DNA of 64,000 nucleotides from Asterias rubens (taxonomy: Eukaryota): positions 16,492,001 to 16,556,000 of the forward strand of contig NC_047073.1 in the NCBI RefSeq assembly GCF_902459465.1, written 5' to 3'. Shown here piece by piece: positions 26,155 to 38,828 of this stretch. A model generated the notes under the pieces. The model was given only the letters and a program-made list of their open reading frames with translations. It searched no databases and was not told where the DNA came from. The translations under genes were made by a program, and so were the position numbers. The first letter of the stretch is position 1. Each line of letters begins with the position of its first letter.

Positions 26155-26394
26155 ATAGCAAATGCAGAAGATATGACAAAAGATAACATGTGATATTCAA
26201 TCATTGTGTTTTGGCCATTGCAGGGGTCTGGTTTTACACATCTTTTGATGACAGTTTTTATACTTTTGTTTTAACCTTGACAGCCCCTGTACAACTTGTA
26301 ACTATTGTGTATGTCTAAAGATTTAAAATAAAAAAATAAAAAAATAAAATAAATAGAGCTGCTTTATAAAACTAAAGAATCACTGAATACTTAC

Positions 26395-26558
26395 ATCATG
26401 TACAGGTGAGTAGTCTGGTTTCCCAGCTTCAGGCTCAGACTCATCTTTACCCGCTACATCAAGGTTCATATCAAAGAAGTAAAATATGACACCAAAGAGA
26501 CAAGGTCCCAGACCATTGCACAGTCCTCGGATACCTGTAATCATTCCTTGTACCACGC
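26395..26558 (-). CDS. MFSD14A: MFSD14/HIAT1 exon 10
   Basis: TCGTAG|GC VVQGMITGIRGLCNGLGPCLFGVIFYFFDMNL...VHD|GTAAGT. Confidence 0.95.
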
Positions 26559-27585
26559 CTACGACAGGATCAGAGAAAGAAACTTCAGATTATTGAAATA
26601 TTCAAGCATTTTGTAAAACTTTGCGTGATGGGAATATTGTCTAACAAGGTCTGTAGAGACACCATGTAAACATGACTGACTCTGCTAGGGTAGAAATATC
26701 AGGCCAGTAAGAGGGCACGCTGCCTTTGATCCGGTGAGTTGGTCTATGAAAAGCATTTAAAAACCTTTGTTATGAAATGCATATGGTTAGAAAGATAATT
26801 TAAAAGTAGAACATAATGATCCACACAAATCTGCCTAGAAATTGCACGGTTTTACTTGTATTGAACTAACATGGCACACTATTTTGTGGAGTCAAATTTT
26901 TTACTCTAGAAAATGACCGACCTTGTAATCTAAATTTTTTTTAAATATACTTGACCAATAAACCATTCAATTCATCATTTCAAAGTAAAAGTAACAGGGA
27001 AACCGTGCAATTTGATGCATATTTCTGTCGATCATTGTATCCTTTTTTTGAAACACCTTTCTAACCATATATATGCATTTTATAACCAACGATTTCAAAT
27101 GCTTTTCATAGACCAACTCATCCGATCCAAGGCAACATGTCCCTTGAACTATTTTTTGTATTTATACCATAGGTTCTTTTTGTATTTATACCATAGATCC
27201 TTTTGGTTGGTAAGCAGTTTGCAACAGCTAATTCTATTTTACTATGTAAACTAGTATGATTTATAACTTTACATGGTAGGCATACAGTCTAGTGAGGTCT
27301 GCAGAGACAGTGAGGTCTGCAGAGACAGTGAGGTCTGCAGAGACACCATATAATGTGTCGGGCCAGAATGCTCAAGTCTGGTGATCTTGTTTTTTTTTCT
27401 TTTTCAATTTGACTTCTTTGTCTTAAAAGAATGATGTTCAAATGTTGAGTTTTAGTCTCACAAATGTATTACAATCCTACTGGGTATTACTCATAAATAG
27501 AAGAGACAAAATTTGTCTTAGTGTTTTGTTCAAATGAGACAATTTGGATGATAAAACTGTGTTCTCATTTTGATTCTAATATCGT

Positions 27586-27923
27586 TTCATTTTGATTCTA
27601 GTATCGTTTCATTTTGATTCTAGTATCGTTTCATTTTGATTCTAGTATCGTTTCATTTTGATTCTAGTATCGTTTCATTTTGATTCTAGTATCGTTTCAT
27701 TTTGATTCTAGTATCGTTTCATTTTGATTCTAGTATCGTTTCATTTTGATTTAGTATCGTTTCATTTTGATTCTAGTATCGTTTCATTTTGATTCTAGTA
27801 TCGTTTCATTTTGATTCTAGTATCGTTTCATTTTGATTCTAGTATCGTTTCATTTTGATTCTAGTATCGTTTCATTTTGATTCTAGTATCGTTTCATTTT
27901 GATTCTAGTATCGTTTCATTTTG
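27586..27923. repeat. 22-bp minisatellite (CATTTTGATTCTAGTATCGTTT) x~15
   Basis: Near-perfect units read directly; located in HIAT1 intron 9. Confidence 0.95.
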
Positions 27924-28014
27924 AGTCTGGTCTTGTTAATAAGATCCCAGTCCAGTAAAGATTCTGAGCAGTCTTATGGACCCCCCCCCCCCAATTGGAG
28001 CCCTTTGTATTAGC

Positions 28015-28389
28015 TTAAAGGCAGTGGACACTTTTGGTAATTATCAGTATGAAACCTCATTTGGTAATGGGTAATGGGGTGAGGTTGATGGTATAAAACA
28101 TTGTGAGAAACGGCTCCCTCTGAAGTGACGTAGTTTTCGAGAAAGAATATAATTTTCCGCGAATTTGAATTCGAGACCTCAAGTTTAGAATTTGAGGTCT
28201 CGAAATCAAGCATCTGAAAGCACACAACTTTGTGTGACAAGGGTGTTTTTTTCTTTCATAGTTATCTCACAACTCCGATGATCAATCGAGCTCAAATTTC
28301 CACAGGTTTGTTGTTTTATGCATATGTTGAGATACACCAAGTGAGAAGACTGGTCTTTGACAATTACCAATAGCTTCCAGTGTCTTTAA
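28015..28389 (+). mobile_element. MITE family 1 copy, 36 bp from the HIAT1 exon 9 donor
   Basis: TTAA|AGGCAGTGGACAC...CCAGTGTCT|TTAA. Confidence 0.85.
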
Positions 28390-28425
28390 TGGACCGTGAT
28401 GGCATGGGGTGGATTCTTCACATAC

Positions 28426-28636
28426 CTTGCTTGTCTGCTGATGAACTTCTGCTAACCATTGCACTTATAGCTGGGTAATTCATGCTACACACTGAGGCAA
28501 TGATACCAGCAACCCACATCATCCATTGCTGTGATGCAAAACCATACCACATCAACTCTAACATCTCACAGGCTAGTGCTATCATAATGGTGTGTTTGTG
28601 ACCCATTGTACGTATTAATACACCCAATAAGATTGT
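28426..28636 (-). CDS. MFSD14A: MFSD14/HIAT1 exon 9
   Basis: CTACAG|TILLGVLIRTMGHKHTI...WMMWVAGIIASVCSMNYPAISAMVSRSSSADKQ G|GTATG. Confidence 0.95.
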
Positions 28637-29399
28637 CTGTAGCGAAAGGCAAGAGAGAATGAACATTAATATCAGGCAAGGAACTCATCATATGTCAAGA
28701 CTGAAAGGCAAAGTTTTTGAAATTTTAGACACATTTAAACAACACCTCTTAAGGGCTTACAAGGTGATGTGGCACAATCTCCAGTCGACTACGCTAGAAA
28801 CACTGCAGCGAACCCCTTCTTATATTATGTGCATTCAACAACATACAAGAACTGTGGCTTCATGGCCCATACACAGCACAAATCAACGCTTTGCTTAAGA
28901 ACACAAGTGTGATGACTGGGATTAAAAAGAGAAGATGATGAAAGTGCCAGGCACAGCAGACTTTGTACTGTGTTTCTCAATTCACAGGCCAAAACTTTTC
29001 AGCTGATTAGGGCCCAATTTCATGGCTCCATTTACCGTAAGCAAAGAATCAACGCTTATGCCAAGCATATTTCACAGTTAGCAGGGAATGTTGTTGTTGT
29101 GTATGTCTCACTCAATGTTACTAGGCATTCTTCGCTTACACAGCTAGCACAACAATGTTGCACTTGCACAGTCAGCAGAGAATGGTGATGGTAAGCGCAT
29201 AATTTGAAGGTAAGCAGAGCCATGAAATTGGGCCCAGCTGATTTCCTCCTTATTAGTTTCTGTTCGCACTGGATATAAAATTGTGAAGTTACCCATTTGC
29301 TCAGTTGGTTTACCCAGAATAAGTACAATGCGAAGATGGCTTTAGTTTATAGAATGTTAAAACACTGTCCGCAAAGCTATAAAGTTACTCTTCCCATAC

Positions 29400-29471
29400 C
29401 TGAGCTAGAACGGAGAGAACTCCTACGACTGCTATGTACGCTGGTACCTGCTGAGGAGAGAATTTACCAAC
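29400..29471 (-). CDS. MFSD14A: MFSD14/HIAT1 exon 8
   Basis: CTGTAG|VGKFSPQQVPAYIAVVGVLSVLAQ|GTATGG. Confidence 0.94.
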
Positions 29472-29829
29472 CTACAGGACAAAAGAAGAAAATAAAATCT
29501 TAAAAATTGACTTTAAACTGTCTTTGAAAAAAGTAATCAAGATGTTTGGTTGAGGTGCAAACATTGGGCAAAAGTTTAGCCTGAAATTTCATATGGCCAT
29601 TTATAGTTGGAAAAGGATACTTCAGTTCTGTTGAAGCCGCATCACATGTTTCCCTACTACCTGATAGATGTTGCTGACTCAAATCGCACACATAAAATAA
29701 TTTCTTAAATGACAGACACAATGCAAAAACAATCTTGTAACATGCAAATTGTTTGTATCTGGCTGTAGAATCAGAGATTAATGTCAGGATCAGAATAGAA
29801 CTCATTTATTGATACAGATTTCTACTTAC

Positions 29830-29943
29830 TATTTTGAGATACAGGAATATACAAGAGTACTGCCCAGCTTCTGGTAGATACGATAGGAATACTGCTATGC
29901 ACAACATTAACACTGTGAAATCTTGACCAACTTTCCTCAATGA
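29830..29943 (-). CDS. MFSD14A: MFSD14/HIAT1 exon 7
   Basis: TACAG|SLRKVGQDFTVLMLCIAVFLSYLPEAGQYSCIFLYLKI|GTAAGT. Confidence 0.96.
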
Positions 29944-30279
29944 CTGTACGTAAAACAAGAAGAGACAACAAAATTAACCAATCAATTCTACAAGCGAGAA
30001 GAGAATAGACAACGAAGAAGTTTCATTTTTAGATGTGGGAGGAAAACCCCAGATAATTATTCCAGGAAAAACCCACGCAGTCAGGTAGAGACTGAAAACC
30101 CAATCCGGGGTCCGAGTGTTGGAAGGCGAGGCAAGACACAACTACACCACCCTAACTGTTTAAATGGACCATGTAACTTTCTGTCAGTTCTGGTCAGCAA
30201 TCAAAAACTCTTTGGCAAAACGGTTGGCAAAAAAAAAGGGTCTCCTAATTTTCTCAGCCTAGTCTTCTATTCAACTCAC

Positions 30280-30498
30280 ACTAAATGGATCAGCCTGTTC
30301 CCATGATATAGCCGCACCCCATGAAGCTGGACGAATCTTTTCCGGTAATGACTCCGGTACGGCAACCAATATAAACAAGACATCACATAACGCTACAGCT
30401 GTCGCTAGAAACACTACTAGATTATCCCCATAGACACTGCCAAGGTAGGATCCTAATGCCGGACTGGTGATAAGGCTAGCTGCAAATGTCGCTGAAAC
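30280..30498 (-). CDS. MFSD14A: MFSD14/HIAT1 exon 6
   Basis: AACAG|VSATFAAS...VAVPESLPEKIRPASWGAAISWEQADPFS|GTGAGT, 219 nt. Confidence 0.96.
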
Positions 30499-31025
30499 CT
30501 GTTACAATAAAAGAGTATAGGAGATGTGAACCAAAGGTCTGAAGTTTGCATGTTATTGTCATATTAGTGTTTCAAAACTGTAAAATTAGTTTATTTATTT
30601 CATCAATACTAGTTAAAAAGACACTCACAGTAAAAAATATTGAGTTATGTTCTCTTAAGTACAGTATGGTAGTTGATACGATAAAAAGCAGTAAATGACA
30701 AAATGACAAAACAGTTGACCAGAAAAATCATTTAGGGTGATCATATAAATACTACATGTATATCAATATGGATCCTTATGGCCAAGTCACACTGCAGCGA
30801 TAACAAAAACAATAACGTAGAACACACGCACGCTCATTCAACCAATCGAGAGCGTGCATTGTTAAATCTCTTTTTCGTTCTCTTTATCAAAGCCAATGTG
30901 ACCGGGCCTTTAGAAGTAGTCACACTTCTGGAGAGGATCTCGGGCAAATTTGTCGCAAGGTTCTGGACGATAACCTCCTCATGTCTTCCAAGATTACTAG
31001 ACTGATGAGCACTATTTTCACTTAC

Positions 31026-31140
31026 CAGTCCGTAGGCTGAGCTTCTCTCAGACTCATCAGTGATGTCAGCAACATATGCAAATATGATTGAGAAAGTTAC
31101 TGCAAATGTTCCGGAAACGGACAACATGGCAAAGAACCAC
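31026..31140 (-). CDS. MFSD14A: MFSD14/HIAT1 exon 5
   Basis: CCCAG|G WFFAMLSVSGTFAVTFSIIFAYVADITDESERSSAYGL|GTAAG. Confidence 0.96.
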
Positions 31141-31656
31141 CTGGGCAGAGAAAAGAATGTAAATACTTGGTAAGAAACAATGTTTTTGCTTACTTGACAC
31201 GTTTTGACGTAAAACAGAGCCAACAAACATTTATCTGTTCTACTCTCTACCACTCTATATAATCCACTGTGGTTTAAAGGAATAAAAGAATGGCGCCTAG
31301 TGTTGTTTATAGTAGGATTTGAGGTTTGCAGTAGGAGAGGTTTGCATTAGCACCATGTGTAAATCTCTTTCGAGTAGTGTTGGTTCTGAAAAGAACCAGT
31401 GGTTGACGACTCAATGTTTTGATCAGTATGAACTGATCATCTTCAGGAGGATGCTGTACTCTGTTGCTGGATGCTATAAGGCAGTACATAAGCAGCATCC
31501 AGCAACAATGTCCAGCATTCTCAGATCATACCGATCGTATTGTACCAATTGAAATGTCAAGTTGTCAACCAACACTACGCAAATGAGTTTTTTAAATGGT
31601 GTTATTTATCACAAACCTGTCTTAGTTGTTGTTTTCTGATTTTGTTGTTTACTTAC

Positions 31657-31784
31657 CATGCACTGACTCTCATTAACGGTATAGGCATACAAGTAAAGAA
31701 GACTGTAAGAAGCAGGAATGATTTACGCCCCCAGACATCAGAGAGCGCCCCCAGTAATGGGGCACTAAGGAATGACAATAGACC
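31657..31784 (-). CDS. MFSD14A: MFSD14/HIAT1 exon 4
   Basis: TATTTCAG|GLLSFLSAPLLGALSDVWGRKSFLLLTVFFTCMPIPLMRVSA(W)|GTAAGT; contains MFS motif A (GALSDVWGRK). Confidence 0.96.
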
Positions 31785-32480
31785 CTGAAATACAAGGGAA
31801 GAGTCACAGGGCATTAAGAAATGATAACGGACACTGAAATACAAAGGAATAGGGCATTAAGAAATGATAATGGACTCTTAAAAAACACACAGGAACAGTC
31901 ACAAGGCATTATGGAATGATAATGGACTCTTAAAAACACACAGGAACAGTCACAAGGCATTATGGAATGATAATGGACTCTTAAAAAACACACAGGAACA
32001 GTCACAAGGCATTATGGAATGATAATGGCCTCTAAAATACAAGGGAGTAATCACAGTGTACTAAAGAATGATAATGGACTCTGAGATACATGGGACCAGT
32101 CACAGGACATTATGAATTGCTAACATACTCTTAAATAAAAGGCAATAGTCACAGGATACTAAGAAATACCTGAAATACAAGGTAATAGTTACAGGGCGTT
32201 AACAATTATGATAGACTCTGAATAGTCCTACGACTTACAAATTAAAATAGACCTCGATACAAGGGGGTAGTCACAGCGCATTAATAAATTATAACAGACC
32301 ATAAAACACAAGGGGGTAAAAACATGGTATTTAAAACATTAACCCTGAAGAACAACGGAAGAGTAACGAGGCAAAAACAAATTAAAACATACCCAGATAT
32401 ACAAGGGAATAAACACAAAAGAAACAACAACATTGAAATAGGCAATTGAAAAAGGGCAATAGTCACATGGCATTATTGGA
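31760..32480. repeat. ~49-bp tandem array (about 13 units) derived from the HIAT1 intron 3/exon 4 junction
   Basis: Unit 1 (31760-31808) overlaps exon 4. Later units repeat GGCATTA..AATGATAA.GGAC.CT.AAA.ACA.GG...AGTCACA with increasing decay. Confidence 0.85.
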
Positions 32481-32898
32481 CATTGAAATAACCTAAAAAA
32501 TACTACAATAAACTTTCCTTCAGGAAAAAGAAGGAAATATTACAAAACTACAAAACTTATTATTACTATTTGTGTACACGAAGATCAAGTACCAGTACCA
32601 ATGTACATATTTGAAGAGGGACAAATCAAGTTAACCTTTGACCTGCCACGGTACATGTTTGGACGGGGACAAATCCACTTAACCCCAGACTTGCTCCTGT
32701 ATAAGTTTTGAATTCAACACTCAAAACACTGGACTGAGGTCAGGAGGCAATCTAGGGCAAATAGATATTTTGAGCCAAGTGGATTTTGTGACTAAACCTT
32801 TAATTCAGTGTTCAAATTCTATTGTATATCTCTTTGCTTTTTGTTCACAGTTTCAGTAGACAAAATTAGAACAAAACAAAGTGTAGTGATAGACTTAC

Positions 32899-32961
32899 CT
32901 TTACACCCTGGACTAGTCCATTCATGAGAAAGGTATGTTCTGAAAATGTGTCGTGTAGCAC
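32899..32961 (-). CDS. MFSD14A: MFSD14/HIAT1 exon 3
   Basis: TTTTACAG|VLHDTFSEHTFLMNGLVQGVK|GTAAGT. Confidence 0.95.
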
Positions 32962-33103
32962 CTGTAAAACAGAGGTTAAATACAAAAACTTATTTTAGTG
33001 ATGACTGAGTAGTTGTCAAAGAAAAGACACTCACCAATGCCTGGAATAGTGCTATTGCAGGCATTGAAATACCCCCTGGCACTCACAGCAATTGTCATGG
33101 TGC

Positions 33104-33385
33104 CCTGTGAAAGGTGCCCTGTGAAAGGTGCCCTGTGAAAGGTGCCCTGTGAAAGGTGCCCTGTGAAAGGTGCCCTGTGAAAGGTGCCCTGTGTAAGGTG
33201 CCCAATACAAATGTATATTTTCATCAGAAGGGAATTGTTGCGCCCCTTCAAGTGCAAAGTTCAAGGCATGTCCTACACCTACCAGAGGGGAATTGCTGCG
33301 CCCCTTCAAGTGCAAAGTTCAAGGCATGTCCTACACCTACCAGAGGGGAATTGCTGCGCCCCGTCAAGTGCAACGTTCAAGGCCT
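33104..33385. repeat. Compound repeat: 14-bp GGTGCCCTGTGAAA x~6.5, then a ~58-bp unit x~2.6
   Basis: Read directly; explains the repetitive ORFs at 32976-33489. Confidence 0.9.
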
Positions 33386-35362
33386 GTATTGGCTTTCTTG
33401 CAAGTGGTTTACAGGTTATCTCTATGGTAACGCAATGGACAGGAAGTGATGTCATACTTAATTGCATGATAGTAGTATGTAGTTTGTAATAGTTTATCCT
33501 CCTTCCTGGATTACTTGTCATGATGTCAACCTGGACATGACTAGGGATGTGACCCCGCTTGACCTTATGACTTCCGCTCAGTCTAGGGGTATGAGGTGAT
33601 GTGAGATGACTCATGAAATCAGACTAAGGGAAGATTGAATCTGAGACTGTCAGAAATCAAAACACTTGTAATGTATCAAACCAACTATGACGAGAAGTAT
33701 CATACTCCACATTCTCCTGGCCAAATGCCATTTAAAACACTTGTGGACCTGTCAAAATTCACTCTTAGTGTTCTGGATGCCTAGTTCAGTGTTTAAAAGC
33801 AACCCTATTTCATACAGGTACATAACAGACTAGTGAAAAAGCTGGCGGACGATTGAAATGACAAGCTAACTGGTCCTGCTGACCAGTCACTTCAAAAGTT
33901 CAGGGCAATCCTTGCAAGCAGTGGCCATCTATGTTTTGTACCCTTAGTGGGGGAAATGGTGTTTTACAGTACTTGTCGTGTGTAGTTGTGTGTGTACATG
34001 TTGTGTGTACTTGTTGTTTGTACATGTTGTGTGTACTTGTTGTACTTGTTGTGATTGTACTCATTGTTCAGCAATCAGCGGTAGGGCAGTCCCATCTTGC
34101 ATCACTACATCCTGAACAAGAATTTTGACAACTTCATTAACCCGTCCCAGCAGTCTTAGCAGAGGTCGGTTGTGCCAATTAAAGTATTCATCAATATGCA
34201 ATTACAATTGTATTAGGTGGTGACAGACTTTCAAGGTAAATCTATTGTTCTTGGAAATGTGCACATATGCTCAAATAAGCGTTAAACAACGGAAAATTAT
34301 CCAGTCTGCTGCCACCTACAGTGTACAAGTACCATCGCAAAGCGCCCCCCCCCCCATTGTAATGTTTGACCACACACCACATTAAAACCCCTTTGGAGCG
34401 CTAAGGTTGCCCGGGGTTATATACTCCCCAAGGAGCTGAGAAGGATTAAAGGAATGTTATTGGCCTAATGACTAGGGCACTATTGCGCATCGATACGGTG
34501 ATTGACCCAATTCACCTGATGTCATCAGAATACTCTTGGATGCGCCATTTGGTGCAAGGGGTCAAATATAAGAACTTGGTTTATTATTATTCTAAGCCCA
34601 TAAAATCTGTCATTAGCAAAATACGCTGTAACCTTTTTGACCACCTGAAGTTCTACCAGACTGCATCACATTGCCCAAGTATAGTAACATATCAATCCCA
34701 AAGAGAAAGCATGCATTCATTAGTATTTTGAATGTTCCAGTGGTCCAACAGAGTGATCCACATGCATACAATAGGATCCAAATTAAAACTTTTACATCGA
34801 ATTCCATTTTTTCAGACGCTCATTAACATCGCTGTGAAGCAGCGATACATGTACATTACATATCTCTCATAAATGCCTCAAAATGTGCGAATAGAGCGTG
34901 CAGAAATGAACACAATTATAAGTGAAATCTATGATAGGCCTATTCCATTTGTTTTTAGCCTTGGAGAGAGACTGAGCTAGAGTTGAAACTCCAGGCCATT
35001 AACTATGTTTTGCATAATCATGAATGATATACAAATATGATAACACATAAAGTTGGAGAAGTTGTGCTGGGTACCATATTTCACACTCCCATTTCATCAG
35101 TCACCTATTTCTTTATGATCATTGGGTGGGGGTGAGGGGGGGTTCGAACTCTCGCTCTCACCTCCTAATCCCCATTAGCCTTTATGAGATATGGTGGACA
35201 CAATAGGATAGGAGTGTACTGTTAGGTTTGGGTACAAATATAACAGAGAAATGTACTCAAACCTAATAGTGGCATATTGTGTCCACCACATCTCAACATG
35301 GCTTATGGCTACACCACTGGATGTCAAAGCAAATTAATTTCAGCTATAAGGTGTGATCTTAC

Positions 35363-35452
35363 CGTTAGCATTGGATTTGTGAGAAGTCCCCATGCGAAGA
35401 ACTCAAGGAAGATTACAATTAGCGCATGGTAGATACTTGGTTCACCAATTCC
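35363..35452 (-). CDS. MFSD14A: MFSD14/HIAT1 exon 2
   Basis: TTTTACAG|GIGEPSIYHALIVIFLEFFAWGLLTNPMLT|GTAAG. Confidence 0.95.
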
Positions 35453-37552
35453 CTGTAAAACAATCACATCAGAAACACAACTTGATTTAGTGAACAGGGT
35501 TGTAGCCACGGTGGGCGGTGCTGGGCGGGCCTGCCTGGAAATAACAAATTTCACCCACCACTCTGAGCAAAATACGCTGTGCTGCCCAGCACATATATTT
35601 CCTGAATTGAACATTTGAGTGTTTAAAAGACATATAAATATGGGGAAGTCTGTGGAACTGCTATGTAAGGATCTATAATTGTTGAGGCTTAAATGGTTTG
35701 ACAATCATGTTTCAATCAATGTTGTCTGTTTTTGTTTGTCTTCTGGATGCTGCATACTGCTGATAATGATGTAGAAAGACACTATCACTTTTCAAGGTGC
35801 AAAGATGCAGATTGCTTTGTCAAAGCAATATAGAATAATCAAAGAAGAAAAATATAGGATTTTATTAAATGACAAAAATGCAGATTTTGCACCATTTTGC
35901 TTGTTAACAATACACAGCCAAATTTTTCACAATGTGCAGATCCATGGAATGCACTAAATATCCAGATCCCATATTTGTATCAGCATGATCAGTGATATAC
36001 AGTGTCCCATCTTCATCCCCAAAACATCAATTTGGAGCACAGTAGAAGATGGTCTTGAGTATGCCTGGTGCTTCACCTTTCACAACGATATTGAACAGCT
36101 GGTGGCGTGCAATTGTCCAGCTATTATTTTTTGTCATGCCTTTTTTATCATATCATTTGAGAAACTTTTGGAAGGTGTTGTTGCTGAGTGGAAAAAAGCA
36201 AATTAAGTTTAGAAACAGAGTCTAGTTAACATGTATGGTTTACGTGTCCTGCCTCTGGTGAGAAGTAGGATTATCAAAGTCAAAACTTCACATTGTTTTT
36301 TTAAAAGACTAATGATAAATAAGCAATCGTACACAGCGCTTCTAAGTTCTAATCATTGAAACATAAATCTTTGAACTTTTACTTCCTATTAGAACTAGTT
36401 CTATGACTACAGCATGACTTGGTTTTTGTTGATTTACACTAAGAGCTCTTTCTTTTAAAGGCACTGGAAACCTAATTTTGTAATTGTCAAAACAACAAGC
36501 AGTACTTATTCTCATTTGGTGTATCATTCATAATCATATTTAAACATAATATGTTGGAATATGAGTGAATGATACACCAAGTGAGAATACTGGTAGTTAT
36601 GCATATAAAATAACATGTCTGTGAAAATTTGGACTTGAAAAATGTTGGTATCCTTCCACCACTTTTTATGCCTCCTGGTTTTTTAATGTATATTTGAGGA
36701 GTTGAAGGCGAGTTGACGGCACCTAACCAGTTGACGGCGAATAACGGCAAGATAATGCAAATTGCGGCACTGTACTCAAAGCTATGCGCACTTGGTCTCA
36801 CACTATCAAATGGTAAATGATGATCACATCGCCACTGCAGAACTTTGACATATTTTCGAAAGTAATTTCTTCCATGGATATATTTGTTAGCTGTGAACTT
36901 GTTGAAAATGTATGAGGGACACTATGAGGATATGAACGGAATTTCAACTTCTCAAATCAAGTAGGCCTACAAAATAAAGAAAATTGTAGTCAAATTTGGG
37001 TTCGCATTGTAAAGAACCTTTATACCCAGGGCGTCAGTGCAGTGGAACTGACTGACGTCCTCGAAAACAGGAAAAACTCAAAACAAATGGGACTAGTTGA
37101 AGTCATTGAAGATCGGTGTGTGGTGTGAACATTTCAATGTCCATCAAGTTTTAATTTATGTTTGCATACTTAATGTAAACAAATGAAGATAATTAGGGCA
37201 TCGGTTGATATATCGCATCATTATTTGTTTCCCAATTCAAAGAAAAGGGCATAATACCGCCGTGAAAACTGGTAAAACTTTAAAAGAGGAGGGTCAGTCA
37301 TTAATCACATACCATACATGTCATACTAAATATTATTATTACTATACTGTCAGACTATTGAATGCTAATGTTATATAAATCTCATCAGTGACCTTCCTAG
37401 TTCAAATGACAATGTGTACATTGCGAGGACATTGCAACACAATAGCTTAGTTGACACAAACAAACTGGTTCAGCAATGTCAGCCAACCAACACATGTCTC
37501 ATTTATACCTTCGTTCGGTCCACTTCTATTTAAAATAAAAACGTTGACTTAC

Positions 37553-37624
37553 AGTAGCGCCATTGTCCTTTGTCATCAGCTTCCCCTTCGATATCCGCAA
37601 CTTTTTCCGCTTCTTCGCAATCAT
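37553..37624 (-). CDS. MFSD14A: MFSD14/HIAT1 MFS transporter, coding exon 1 of 11; the full model is 1473 nt, 490 aa
   Basis: MIAKKRKKLRISKGKLMTKDNGAT|GTAAGT resembles the basic HIAT1 N-terminus (KKKKR...IKDGGT). Co-orthologue of vertebrate MFSD14A/B. Confidence 0.85.
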
Positions 37625-38828
37625 TTTAACAATTATCGGAGATTAGTTTATCGAAAACTCACTGGAAATCAACTCATTTTTGTTCAAGATGGAAAGTTAA
37701 AACCCCCGTCGACGACACAAGCTTGTTGTAAAATCATTAGCTGAATGCTGACGATACGCTAGGCTTTGTGTAATAGTATAACACATGCAGTACAAGGAGG
37801 AAATAAGCAATAAAGAGGAGGGTGAGTTGAGGGGGTGGGCTAAATTTAAACCCACCACTTTCCCCTCAAAATTAAATTGCTGTTTATATAAAAAGTTTGA
37901 GCATGCTAAGCCTTTGAGGAAAACAACAAAATTAAAACAAAAACCTGAATTATATTATTACTATATAAATAGGGCCTCGCCAGAAGTCTATGCCTTGGAT
38001 ATTGATTGTTTAGTGATACATAATTGTATGGTTTTAGTCAAATTGTTCATTTTTATTTGTCGATTTTTATTTATCGAAGCAAATCAGCAGTGTTTGAGAA
38101 TGGCAATAGAATGGAGAGGACAGTTTATAGAACTTTAAATTTTAAGAAATGTTCAATATACCATCGGTTTAAAATAAATTTAAATAAATATCTTGAGTTC
38201 ATGATTCAGCGTTATTCATGATGGTTATTCAATTTGTCATTCTCCTTCAAGTTCCGCCTATCAAGTACCGCCGTATCTAACTGCATGGATTGTACTAAAA
38301 CGAGCCGCAGTCGAACACTGTCTGGTCCCTGCCGCAAAGAAAATCACCGACCAGACTGAACGGGCAGTTTTTTGTTTATGTTCTCTTCTGATAGCGCCCT
38401 CTTTTGAATCAGCCCATGACATCGTTGGGAACCGGTTCGTATGTAGCAATACTATTTTAAAAAAATTAATTATTATTCAAAAACTCTCCAAATATATTTA
38501 AAGTCTCTTAGCCTCTTGAAATCCAATCAAATACATGTTCATACCACTTCAGATCTCTTTTCAATCCTTGGCAGGAATACTTGCTAATTAGGCCTAGCTA
38601 GGCCTACACCAGAACGCCCCGACCACCGAAAATGTGTTTTCCCACATCGACTTGCCGTCAGCTTTTATGAGGCACTCTCATGTAAATCCCAAACTATAGG
38701 ACCAGTTTTAGTGCCAACATTTATCAAAGCTCCTCAATAGTTGAAACCCAGAACAGGTTGTGATAAATCATCTTATAATTTTACAATTTATTATAGTTGA
38801 ATGACTAAAAAATGTTAGAATTAAAAAT

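Noticed and set aside
27586-27923. Regular direct repeats resembling CRISPR (also 13190-13305 and 31760-32480)
   Set aside because: Head-to-tail units with no unique spacers, no cas genes and a eukaryotic context.
32976-33489. Four overlapping ORFs with repeated peptides
   Set aside because: Translations of the 14-bp and 58-bp tandem repeats in HIAT1 intron 2.
35985-36206. Possible alternative HIAT1 first exon (acceptor at 36184, MTKNNSWTIARHQLFNIVVK)
   Set aside because: All frames stop after the acceptor and there is no good phase-0 donor. The exon at 37553-37624 fits HIAT1 better and gives 490 aa.
36648-36657. U12-like donor GTATCCTTCC (also GTATCCTTT near 27036)
   Set aside because: On the plus strand, antisense to HIAT1, with no associated exon; the second lies inside a MITE.
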